NCBI GenBank assembly: GCA_032128875.1
Contig: JAVLKG010000002.1
Coordinates: forward strand, 736,001-800,000
Reading direction: 5' to 3'
Source: Candidatus Melainabacteria bacterium 17Bon1m
GTDB lineage: Bacteria > Cyanobacteriota > Vampirovibrionia > Obscuribacterales > Obscuribacteraceae
DNA: 64,000 nucleotides
How positions within the stretch are numbered: position 1 is the stretch's first letter; each line of letters opens with the position of its first letter. A program made the translations under genes and the position numbers. This document shows, piece after piece, positions 20,529 through 29,629 of the stretch. Under the pieces are notes generated by a model that ran no database searches, was not told the DNA's origin, and worked only from the letters and a program-made list of their open reading frames with translations.

Positions 20529-20762
20529 GGAACGTCTCCGCTGTTGGACCGTACAAGACTACCAGAAAAGCCGAAAAACGCCCGCCCGCCGCCTGCTTAA
20601 CTTTGCTTTCAGAAAACTTTCAAGAAGCGTAGTTTTCCCAATGACATTTGCTTTCGCCGGCCTTATGCTGCCAATGTCCAACTTCGGATGCCCCCTTCTC
20701 ACAGAACCCCGTCGCAAGCGAGGGGTTGACTTGTGGCACTAATTTTTTGCGAGGCAAAAATC

Positions 20763-23333
20763 ATGGGCGGACAAGACTCAGTAGTCGGTCGTAACCAGCC
20801 AACATTGGTGGATGCCGCTAACAATGCCCAAGATGCGCAAGCTGAAGATGCAAGCCTGGCGCTGGCACAAGCAGCAGGCCTCGGCGGTGGTCAACTTGCT
20901 GCCGACACAACTGCTGCACCCGAGTCGAAAATTTCCCGATATGCGCAAGTCACTGCTGAGGGCGTAAAAAATTTACCTGCTGGTATTGGTCATTCACTTT
21001 GGCACAACGTCACTCATCCGGTCGACACACTGGAGATGGTGGCAAGTTCGGCGGCACTAGGGGCGGTGCTAAAAACAGGACTGCCGGAGAAGGGACCGGC
21101 AGGATTGATCGCCGGAACATTGATCGGCGGTTATTTCTTATACACTGCAGCAGAGCCGATTACCAATGCTTATAAGAAAGCAGGCGAAGCAAAAACGATG
21201 GGCGACTTGCATGCAGCCGGTCGTCAACTTGGCGATGCTGGCGGTGAGTTCATCGTCAATACCGGTATTTCCATCGGAGGTTATCGTCTCGGAGCAGGTG
21301 CAACAAATCGCGTCTTGATGGGCGAGCGCTTCGACGGATTTATGGAATCGAAGCATAATTTTTGGACTGGTGTGGATTCAAAACTCAGCACTAAATGGAA
21401 TGCATGGAAAGGGAATGTTCCGGTTGTCGGTGACAGTTTGCCGACGGCCAACACCGTAAGTTTACAACCGAAGATAAACATCGTTGGCGATCGCTCGCAG
21501 TTGCTTTTCACCGAACGTACTCCTGCAAAAGGAAGTGTTTTAGGTGAAGTGGATCCCGCTCAAAAAATAGATGTGTCTGTTTCTGCAATGACAAAAGGTT
21601 CATCGTTTTTGATGGACAGGCATATAAACAGAATCTCTCGCGGCTCGACTCCTTTGACTGATGCTCAGATTGAGGCGAAGTTTGGTGCAAAACCGGAGTC
21701 GGTTGAAGCCATTAAGAAAATGGCCGCCGAGCATAATTTGGAAGTGAAGGACATCAACACAGTTACCGGTCGAATGGTGCTCAGTGGTGACGTCGCTTCA
21801 ATGGAGCAGGCTTTCGGCACTAAACTACAAATGATGGAGCACGAAAGCGGAGTTCTATTTAGAGGACGAACAGGTTCTCTTTCGGTCCCGAATGAGTACG
21901 CTCCACATATTCGCAGCGTACTTGGGCTAGACAATAGACCGCAATTTCACACCAATTATGTTCGTTTGAATCCAATCAACGAAAATGGACATGGCATTAT
22001 CTCATCCGGAACTGCTGCTGAAGCTGGTGGCGAGGTAGTTTCCAAACCAGGTACAGCGACGAAGCCCGGACAACCTAGCGGTTTTATTCCCCACGAAGTT
22101 ATAGAGATGGGTAAGGATGCTGCTAAAGCGCCTGAGTCACGACCGGTAACGCCCCAAGAAATAATGCAAGCCTACAATGCACCAGAAGGTTTTACCGGAG
22201 AAGGTATGACCACTGGTTTTCTTTCTCTTGGTGGAACTTTGCCTAAGGGCTGGGAGACTTATCTCAAGTCAAAAGGTATAGATCCCAACACCGTAAAAAT
22301 CAGGACTACGAGCGATGTTCCTTTGGAGTCAGATCCTAAGGGAGCAAACGGCGAAAATGCGCTTGATCTTTTCATTCACAAAGAACCTCTGCCTAAAGCC
22401 GAAACCGTTATGATTACTGCAGAGAACAATGATGCAGGCATGCCCATTGGCATCTTGCGCGCAGCTTTTCCAAACCCTGGCGAAAAACAAGTCTCGCACT
22501 TCAGTATTAGTTGGGGAATGTCGGAAGATGCTTGGACACGCCAAGCTTTGAAATCTACTGAAGATGCTGCCAGACGAGCTGCTTTGAAGGGCACCACTGT
22601 AACAGTCGCTGCTGGCGACGACGGTGCCGGCGATAGATCACCAACTAGAAAGCAGCAGGTGGATGTACCTGCCGGACTTGCTAATGTCACCGCAGCCGGT
22701 GGCACGCGACTGTGGCTGAATGCAGATGGGTCGTGGGCTAAGGAAGAAGTTTGGCGTGGTAGCGGTGCCACAGGTGGCGGACGCTCAATGAAGACTCCCA
22801 GACCGGAGTATCAAAATGGCTTGAACATGCCTTCCAATTTAAATGGCTCAAAATTCGACGGTAGAGGTGTGCCTGACGCTTCCGCCGTTGCGGATCCGCG
22901 ATCTGGCATTTTGACCTACACAGATTTCGGTGTTGATGCTATTGGTGGAACAAGCGCTTCTGCACCAGAACTCGCTGTAGTTGCAGCGATGATCTCTAAG
23001 CTGACAGGCAGACCGACAGGTTTTTGGAATCCGGAGTTATATAGACTAGGAAAGGAAAAGCCTGGTGTGTTTCGAGATGTGACTGTTGGAGATAATACCG
23101 ATGGTGGTATCAAAGGTTACCCGGCTACTAAAGGCTGGGATGCGTCCACCGGATGGGGAACACCTCATATTCAAAATTATATCGATACACGAAACAGTTT
23201 GTTCAACCAAACGCTGCGTGCTAGATCTTTTAGCGCAATGAGACAAGACTTGGTGAACAATAACACCGGATTGCCATTCTGGGTTGTGCCTTATCAATCG
23301 GGTCCGGTGACTACGTCTGATTCCAACAGATAA
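20763..23333 (+). CDS. S53 (sedolisin/kumamolisin) peptidase with prodomain and extra N-terminal domain
   Basis: Prodomain (VLGLDNRP), ENALD, SISWG, AAGDDG, GRGVPD, GGTSASAP and GWDASTGWG. Confidence 0.9.
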   Translation: MGGQDSVVGRNQPTLVDAANNAQDAQAEDASLALAQAAGLGGGQLAADTTAAPESKISRYAQVTAEGVKNLPAGIGHSLWHNVTHPVDTLEMVASSAALGAVLKTGLPEKGPAGLIAGTLIGGYFLYTAAEPITNAYKKAGEAKTMGDLHAAGRQLGDAGGEFIVNTGISIGGYRLGAGATNRVLMGERFDGFMESKHNFWTGVDSKLSTKWNAWKGNVPVVGDSLPTANTVSLQPKINIVGDRSQLLFTERTPAKGSVLGEVDPAQKIDVSVSAMTKGSSFLMDRHINRISRGSTPLTDAQIEAKFGAKPESVEAIKKMAAEHNLEVKDINTVTGRMVLSGDVASMEQAFGTKLQMMEHESGVLFRGRTGSLSVPNEYAPHIRSVLGLDNRPQFHTNYVRLNPINENGHGIISSGTAAEAGGEVVSKPGTATKPGQPSGFIPHEVIEMGKDAAKAPESRPVTPQEIMQAYNAPEGFTGEGMTTGFLSLGGTLPKGWETYLKSKGIDPNTVKIRTTSDVPLESDPKGANGENALDLFIHKEPLPKAETVMITAENNDAGMPIGILRAAFPNPGEKQVSHFSISWGMSEDAWTRQALKSTEDAARRAALKGTTVTVAAGDDGAGDRSPTRKQQVDVPAGLANVTAAGGTRLWLNADGSWAKEEVWRGSGATGGGRSMKTPRPEYQNGLNMPSNLNGSKFDGRGVPDASAVADPRSGILTYTDFGVDAIGGTSASAPELAVVAAMISKLTGRPTGFWNPELYRLGKEKPGVFRDVTVGDNTDGGIKGYPATKGWDASTGWGTPHIQNYIDTRNSLFNQTLRARSFSAMRQDLVNNNTGLPFWVVPYQSGPVTTSDSNR

Positions 23334-23541
23334 ACAACCTTTGCATTGCCGCCAAGTATCCTTTTGGCGAGTTAGTGCAGTTTTGCACGCGGTTTTTGTG
23401 CGCGCTTGTATATCTCGATGTTATATAAGGCTTGGACTTTAGCTAGCTTTTCATTAGCCGGCCGCTATATGCTGTTTTTACACAAAAATATTGGCGTATA
23501 TTTCACGGAATGCGCACGGTCTCTGGGTTACAATCTCCGGC

Positions 23542-24126
23542 ATGAACACTGAAAAACCGCCTAAACGTTTGGATGAAAGGGAAGAGTACACTCGAAGCGA
23601 TGCACTGAAATCACTTCGGTTACCACCTTCCGAACCATTTCGCACATATGCTTCTCGTTTGAAGGACGCATTGGCGCGTGACGATAAGAAGGAAGTCCAA
23701 AACGTTTGCAAATTGTTGATTGACGAGCTTAGCGTCGCGTATGGCGTTGAGAAGCCTACCGTGAAAATTCTCAGCGTACGACCCAGGGAAGAGGGGAAAG
23801 ATTGGGTTTTTGAAACGTTTGGAGATTACGATCCTGAAACACTACGGATCAGGTTGTGGATGCGAACGGCAGTACAGAAGAAACCAACTTCGTATGGCGT
23901 TTTGCTAAGCACTTTGTGTCACGAGTTTTGTCATCATCTGGACATGGTGCAGCTCGATTTCCCAAATACTTTTCACACGCGCGGCTTCTATGATCGAGTA
24001 GGACTTTTGTACCATCACATACAAAACACACCGGTCCGGCAAATCGTTTGGCAGGAGCATAAAGATGGCTCGCACAGTATTGATTGGGGCCGTACAATGA
24101 AGGGTGCACCAAAAGCACTGGTGTAG
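23542..24126 (+). CDS. Putative zincin (SprT-like) metallopeptidase
   Basis: TLCHEFCHHLD...HTRGF, i.e. HExxH plus a third His. Confidence 0.65.
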   Translation: MNTEKPPKRLDEREEYTRSDALKSLRLPPSEPFRTYASRLKDALARDDKKEVQNVCKLLIDELSVAYGVEKPTVKILSVRPREEGKDWVFETFGDYDPETLRIRLWMRTAVQKKPTSYGVLLSTLCHEFCHHLDMVQLDFPNTFHTRGFYDRVGLLYHHIQNTPVRQIVWQEHKDGSHSIDWGRTMKGAPKALV

Positions 24127-24354
24127 GAAAGTGTGGGGTCGCAAAGCCTGTGGGATCGCATTGCATGCGACTAGATTTCGAGTGTCCGTCCGTTTGTGAA
24201 TTTGCATGTCGAAAGACGATGATTGTGACGTGGGTTGCAATCATCGCCTTTCATTGACCGATATTGCGCACGCGGCCGAAGCCGCTTGTGCTTTATCGCA
24301 TCGCTTTTTATTTATCCTTTGGGAAGCGCACGCGCTTTCCTGTCAGGGTTGAGT

Positions 24355-24657
24355 TTACTCAGCAGTCGAAGGTGCTGGAGCTTCAGGAGCCGGTGCTGGT
24401 GCAGGTGCCGGTGCTGGAGCAGGAGTCGGGACTAATACTGGCTTCTCTACCGGTACTGTATTTGTAGTAGCGGTGTCAGTCGTCGTATTACGTTCAATTA
24501 CTGTTGAAGTTCCGCCGTTACTGAAGGCGTAAATACCATAACCGATGGCTGCAACAAGAGCGATACCGAGTATTGTTCCGACGATTGCGCTGCCGGAGTT
24601 GTCTGTCTCAACGGTAGTGGTAGTGGGTGGCGACGGAGGTGTAATAATCGTTGTCAT
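24355..24657 (-). CDS. Small single-TM Thr/Pro/Ala-rich protein
   Basis: AGGAGA SD, one TM helix, (PA)n tail. Confidence 0.75.
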   Translation of the reverse strand: MTTIITPPSPPTTTTVETDNSGSAIVGTILGIALVAAIGYGIYAFSNGGTSTVIERNTTTDTATTNTVPVEKPVLVPTPAPAPAPAPAPAPEAPAPSTAE

Positions 24658-24895
24658 AAAAATTCTCCTAGTCCCGCGGGGGGGTTGTGTCCTCAATCTA
24701 GTAACCGTTCACGGGCTTAGCCCCTTCGGCGATCGGTCTGAAAGTGAAGACTGTGGACCCCCTGAAGAGTTCCTACCTGTTTCATTCCTTAAAAATTCCG
24801 CAAGACGGGAACCCTGAAAACGCTCTTCACGAGAGCATCTATGCAGAATGGAAATCCTTATTATGGTGAAGCTGTAAACGCCGTTGTTTACTTGC

Positions 24896-25771
24896 TTATC
24901 CTCGGCGTGGAACTGCGACCGTTTTCTTGAAAAGGTTGGGTGCTTTTAGACGAGAGCACATTGCCTCGAAAGAAGGTGTTTGACCTCTCCATTCAAGTTC
25001 TTCGATATTATGGAAAACCGGTGCATCAGTTCTTAATGTCGCCAGTTTCCTAAATAGCAGTGCTTCCTCCCATGAACTGAAAAGCGTGTTGGCGAGTTTC
25101 GCACTGCCTCGAATAGAAGAATTCCAATCTTTTGGATCTTTCGGGATATCCTCTAAATGCGGGTACACCGACAAAACTGATGCCGCACCTTTGGCTCCCC
25201 AACCCGGCAGTCCTGGATAACCGTCAGATGTGTCTCCAACCAACGCGAGATAATCAGGAATCGATTCTGCTCTGACACCAAATTTAGTGACAACGCCTTG
25301 TGCGTTTCTTATCTCATTTTTTCTGCGGTCGAGCTGTACGATCTTATCTCCGACTACACATTGACTAAGATCCTTATCAGGTGTGCAGATTATTACTGTG
25401 TCAACGCTTTTCTCTTTTGCTGCTTTTACCGCAGCCGCAGCGAGAGCATCATCTGCTTCAAATTCAACCATTGCCCACACTAAAACCCCCATCGCTCCAA
25501 GTGCTTCTTCGAGCAGATTGAATTGAGACCAGAGATCTTCTGGTATCCCTTCTCCGGTTTTATAGTGCGGATATAGGTCGTTTCTAAAAGATTCAATCAC
25601 ATGGTCCGTCGCAACTCCAATGTGAGTCACACCTTTTTCTAAGAGAGACAGAATCGAGTTGAGCACGCCTCTGACTGCGCCGATTTCGTTGCCGTCTGCA
25701 TCCGTGGCGCCGGGCACAGCAAAATAGTGCCTGAATAATTCGTATGTGCCGTCGACAAGATAGACGTCCAT
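24896..25771 (-). CDS. 5'-3' exonuclease / flap endonuclease
   Basis: LVDGT, EADD, DKDL and LALVGDTSDGYPGLPGWGAK (H3TH). Confidence 0.92.
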   Translation of the reverse strand: MDVYLVDGTYELFRHYFAVPGATDADGNEIGAVRGVLNSILSLLEKGVTHIGVATDHVIESFRNDLYPHYKTGEGIPEDLWSQFNLLEEALGAMGVLVWAMVEFEADDALAAAAVKAAKEKSVDTVIICTPDKDLSQCVVGDKIVQLDRRKNEIRNAQGVVTKFGVRAESIPDYLALVGDTSDGYPGLPGWGAKGAASVLSVYPHLEDIPKDPKDWNSSIRGSAKLANTLFSSWEEALLFRKLATLRTDAPVFHNIEELEWRGQTPSFEAMCSRLKAPNLFKKTVAVPRRG

Positions 25772-25821
25772 CGAGAATTCCTTTTATCTAAACCGAATGC
25801 ATTTATATAACGTCCGAGCCT

Positions 25822-25877
25822 GGCGAAAGCGCCGAAGCGAGCTAGCGCCAAAGCGCCCATTCGCCCAAGCGCCAAAG
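25822..25877. repeat. Degenerate 8-bp tandem repeat (CGCCAAAG) x7
   Basis: GGCGAAAG CGCCGAAG CGAGCTAG CGCCAAAG CGCCCATT CGCCCAAG CGCCAAAG. Confidence 0.7.
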
Positions 25878-26035
25878 ATACCACAGGGTCGTTTCCGCGT
25901 TTGCTTTTCAAGTGTACGGCTTTGTTGACATCTGGAAAGCGTTGCCAGCGTTGAAATTTCTTGGCTTTAGCCTGTAGTATTGCGATCCACTCGCCACCGT
26001 ACGTTGGACCGGACCGTAGAGGCAGGCTTCAAACC

Positions 26036-26881
26036 ATGAGCTCAATCACTGATTGTTTATTGATTGTTGGACTGACAACGGTGCTTTCAGTCGCCGGACT
26101 CTTACTTGTGCGCAAGAAATTTTCCCGCGAGCAGTTCGAGTCTTGCCACGAAGTCGGCGGCTTTTTGCTCTCGGTGGTCGGCACTTTGTATGCGATTTTA
26201 GTGGGATTGATTGTCGTCAACTCACAAGGCAAAGTTGATGCTGCCAGTCAAATGGCCGTCGCTGAAGCGAACATGCTCTCGAATATGTATCACCTGTCGA
26301 ACACCTTCAAGGAGCCGACAAGAAGCAAGATTCATCAGCATATCTATGATTATGCGGTGGCAGCCGTCAGTCAGGACTGGTCGCTTGTAGAAGAAGGTTT
26401 GGAGAAGGAAGCGACTATACCTCCGTATCAGGCACTCTGGAAGGAAGTGACACATTACGTTCCACATGAGGACAATGAGTCTCAATGCTACGCAACCATG
26501 TTGGGAAACATGCAAGAGCTTTCCGAAGCACGCAAGTACAGAATGGTTGCTGCTAGAGGTGGACTTTCTCCTGTGCTTTGGTCGGTACTGATCGCTGGTG
26601 GGGCGATGATTGTTTTATTCACTTATTTTTTCTACGTTCAGAGTTTGCTTGCTCAAACAATCATGACTATTTTCGTAGCAGTCTTTCTTTCGCTGAATGT
26701 CTATCTGATCTACATTTGCCAAAATCCATATCGCCCTGAGCTTGGTGCGAAAGAAGCAGGATTTGGATTTAGTTTTACACCTAATTGGTTTAAAGACCGA
26801 CCGAGTGTTCCACATATAGAATCAAACATTCCAGAGAAGATCGAGCAGAAAGCAACCGAGACCACGGAAGTGAAACAGTGA
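26036..26881 (+). CDS. DUF4239 (bestrophin-like) membrane protein
   Basis: VVGTLYAILVG, EA..L..MY, AR..R and NPY; four TM segments. Confidence 0.75.
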   Translation: MSSITDCLLIVGLTTVLSVAGLLLVRKKFSREQFESCHEVGGFLLSVVGTLYAILVGLIVVNSQGKVDAASQMAVAEANMLSNMYHLSNTFKEPTRSKIHQHIYDYAVAAVSQDWSLVEEGLEKEATIPPYQALWKEVTHYVPHEDNESQCYATMLGNMQELSEARKYRMVAARGGLSPVLWSVLIAGGAMIVLFTYFFYVQSLLAQTIMTIFVAVFLSLNVYLIYICQNPYRPELGAKEAGFGFSFTPNWFKDRPSVPHIESNIPEKIEQKATETTEVKQ

Positions 26882-28089
26882 AATTAAAATTCCACGCAGC
26901 ATCGTTGGTAGTGTCCCTGTCCATGGGGTTGGCTCCGGTCTATGCTCAGCCAATGAGCCCACCTGGCGGAGGCAACCCGTTTCCTCCAGGGCAGCCAGAC
27001 GGCGTAGCCACTCCCCAGTACTCCGCGCCAGTTGATCCCGATTTGCAAGACCGATTGCAGAAAGTCGATGCAATGGTGGTCGATCGTATGCAAGCGTTAA
27101 ACATGCCTGCTTACTGTCTGACGATAATAAAAAACGGCAGAGTGGTTTTTCAAAAACCCTATGGCTATTCGAATATAGAGACAAAAGAGCCGACTACCAA
27201 TGACACCATATTTGGTCTCGCCTCGCTCACAAAAACATTCACATCTCTCACTCTTCTCTCACTTGTAGACAAAGGACTCGTGGGATTGGACGATCCACTC
27301 TCGAAATACATCGATGGGTTGACTAATGATTACAAACCGCTGACTATCAGGCAGCTAGCATCGATGACTGCTGGCGTTCCATCTAAAGTATCACAGGAAG
27401 TGGATTGGCGAAATCAGCTGGATATTTTGGATCACACACCACTGGTTTCTGCGCCGGGTTCTGCATACCTCTATTCTAATTTCAGTTATCGATTGCTTGG
27501 TTCTGTGATTGAAAAAGTCACTGGGCAACCCTATCTGCAAGTTGTTGAGTCAACTATTTGTGCGCCTTTGAACATGAAGAGCACAGGCACCGTCATGCTT
27601 TTGCGTCCGACAGGAAGAGTCGCTCAGGCCTATGGCGACAATATGGGTCAGGGGCCGCTCCGACCCATTGAGTACAAAAGTCCTGCGATTGCATTTTCGG
27701 CTGGTATGCTAGCCACCACATCAAACGACTTGATCAAATATGTGACCGCGTTGATGTCGCATCAAATCATCTCGCCGGCGGGCTATAAGACAATGTGGGA
27801 TTACCGCCCACCGTTGACTACCGGGCAACCCTCAAAATGGGCATTTGGTTGGGCGAAAGCCTACAACAAAAACATGAATGCGATGACACTTTCTATGAAT
27901 GGTGGCACACCAGGAATTGCATCGACAATTATCATTTTGCCAGAGTCCAATTCAGCCGTGATTGCGCTGTGCAATCTTCGCAAACCGCCGGTTTATCAAG
28001 TCGCACGAACAGCTGCTGCAATAGCCTTTGGAAGTGGCGCACAGCCGGCCGGAGAGGAAGAGGAGCATCCTGGACAGGGCGCTGACTAA
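26878..28089 (+). CDS. Secreted serine hydrolase, beta-lactamase/PBP family
   Basis: SxxK (ASLTK) and YSN motifs; signal peptide; GTGA overlap with upstream gene. Confidence 0.88.
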   Translation: MKLKFHAASLVVSLSMGLAPVYAQPMSPPGGGNPFPPGQPDGVATPQYSAPVDPDLQDRLQKVDAMVVDRMQALNMPAYCLTIIKNGRVVFQKPYGYSNIETKEPTTNDTIFGLASLTKTFTSLTLLSLVDKGLVGLDDPLSKYIDGLTNDYKPLTIRQLASMTAGVPSKVSQEVDWRNQLDILDHTPLVSAPGSAYLYSNFSYRLLGSVIEKVTGQPYLQVVESTICAPLNMKSTGTVMLLRPTGRVAQAYGDNMGQGPLRPIEYKSPAIAFSAGMLATTSNDLIKYVTALMSHQIISPAGYKTMWDYRPPLTTGQPSKWAFGWAKAYNKNMNAMTLSMNGGTPGIASTIIILPESNSAVIALCNLRKPPVYQVARTAAAIAFGSGAQPAGEEEEHPGQGAD

Positions 28090-28140
28090 ATTTGAGCCAG
28101 GCGGTTGGTCCAAGTCCGGCGAAGACTACGACTATAGGCT

Positions 28141-28230
28141 GACCCAGCTAACGCTATGGTAAGACCACGGCTCCCGCTATCGTCAGACCCCGGCTCCCGC
28201 TATCGTCAGACCCAGCTCACGCTATGGTCT
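28141..28230. repeat. 22-23 bp tandem repeat x4
   Basis: GACCCAGCTAACGCTATGGTAA / GACCACGGCTCCCGCTATCGTCA / GACCCCGGCTCCCGCTATCGTCA / GACCCAGCTCACGCTATGGTCT. Confidence 0.8.
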
Positions 28231-28683
28231 TTTATGCTCGCGGCAAATGTGGAAGTAACCACGTGTGAATGGCTCGAACTGCAGACTTTCATCTAGTGAG
28301 ACATCAAGGTATGCGACCAGCTTTTTCAACGCGTCTTCTCCTGCATGATTGCAGAGTGATAGTCCGTTGCTTACAGCAGAACCTTCATAGCTGCGAAGAT
28401 CACCGATTCGGTTCGCTTCGATGTAGACAAAAACTGTGTTCGGAAATTTCTCACTGAAAGAGAGCAGCTCTGCCTTCATCGAATTTGCTATGCGTTGGTG
28501 CTCTTCTTCCTGCGCAGCGTTGAATACAAGCGGATAGCAACGATCTGCACCGGGGTCGGCTATACCGACACCTTGGAATGGCTTGTCAATGGTGCGGGTC
28601 AGGCAACCCCGCCACTTGCGGCGCGCAGAGTCGAGGATTGCGGGATCACCCTTTGCAAAGATGGCTGTGCAATGGTAGGTCAT
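28222..28683 (-). CDS. Hypothetical protein
   Basis: ORF fills the gap between two + genes with plausible composition; ATG at 28683. Confidence 0.6.
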   Translation of the reverse strand: MTYHCTAIFAKGDPAILDSARRKWRGCLTRTIDKPFQGVGIADPGADRCYPLVFNAAQEEEHQRIANSMKAELLSFSEKFPNTVFVYIEANRIGDLRSYEGSAVSNGLSLCNHAGEDALKKLVAYLDVSLDESLQFEPFTRGYFHICREHKRP

Positions 28684-28749
28684 TGGGCAATTATGCCAGA
28701 GATGACAACTTTGACTACGTCCGGGAGTACTTGAGAAGCGCAAGGAAAA

Positions 28750-29619
28750 ATGGCGAAAACTCTGATATCATGCGCGCCTATGAGCAATTCAGCTAAAACA
28801 GTAACAATTGAAGAATGTAAGACTGACAACGGCATTTTTTGTCGCCAGACGTATACCTCAACGTCGCAAGAATATTTGGTTCTTGTAATGGGTTATGGTG
28901 GCAGTTTGCGAATTTGGCCCGCTAGTTTTGTCAACAGATTGGCGGAGCGATTCAAGGTCGTTAGTTATGACAATCGGGGCACCGGACTCAGTGTCGTGCC
29001 GCAAATTCCCGAAGAGTACACCGTTAAGGTGATGTCTGATGATTTGTTTGACGTAACTACCACTTTGGGTATCAAGTCACACCACTTACTTGGATATAGC
29101 ATGGGCGGCTGCATGGCATTGCAATATGCTCATGACCATCAGGATTTTGTGAAATCTCTTTTCTTGATGTCCAGTACTGCTGGTGGTGCACTTTTTGCAA
29201 AGCCTGATAAAGCTGTTTCAACAGCACTCGCCAATCCTGAGGGTAAAACGCTCTGGGACATTTATATGTCCACTTTTAGCTTGATGTACGCTCCTGAAGT
29301 TTTAGAACGTTGCATGCCAACTATAAAGGCTATCTATGATGTTTCCAAAGATTGCCCTACCCGACCGATTGCTCTCGCCGGTCACTCTAACGCCTTCAAG
29401 GGTTTTGACGGATCAAGTTATTTGGAAAAATTGAGAATTCCCACTACCATTCTTAGCGGAAAGAATGATCGTTTGATGCCGCTGCAAAACTCACAAAATC
29501 TTGCGGACAAACTGCCGAATGCAAAGTTGGTTTTGCTCGATGATTGCGAACACGGACCACACATTCAAAACGAAGATGAAGTCGTTGAACTGATCCTGAA
29601 CTCGGCAGGAAAATCTTAG
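28750..29619 (+). CDS. Alpha/beta hydrolase
   Basis: DNRGTGLS, GYSMGG nucleophile elbow, GKND and EH. Confidence 0.88.
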   Translation: MAKTLISCAPMSNSAKTVTIEECKTDNGIFCRQTYTSTSQEYLVLVMGYGGSLRIWPASFVNRLAERFKVVSYDNRGTGLSVVPQIPEEYTVKVMSDDLFDVTTTLGIKSHHLLGYSMGGCMALQYAHDHQDFVKSLFLMSSTAGGALFAKPDKAVSTALANPEGKTLWDIYMSTFSLMYAPEVLERCMPTIKAIYDVSKDCPTRPIALAGHSNAFKGFDGSSYLEKLRIPTTILSGKNDRLMPLQNSQNLADKLPNAKLVLLDDCEHGPHIQNEDEVVELILNSAGKS

Positions 29620-29629
29620 CGCTTTCTAC

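Noticed and set aside
20705-20727. AACCCC-GTCGCAAGCGA-GGGGTT hairpin before the S53 gene
   Set aside because: Single hairpin without a U-tract or riboswitch consensus; no function can be assigned.
24126-24175. GAAAG..GGGGTCGCAAAGCC resembles the core of a c-di-GMP-I riboswitch
   Set aside because: No 5' strand to close the GAAA stem, no matching 3' half, and no same-strand gene downstream.
28141-28230. Possible mini-CRISPR array
   Set aside because: Units abut with no unique spacers, and there are no cas genes in the window.
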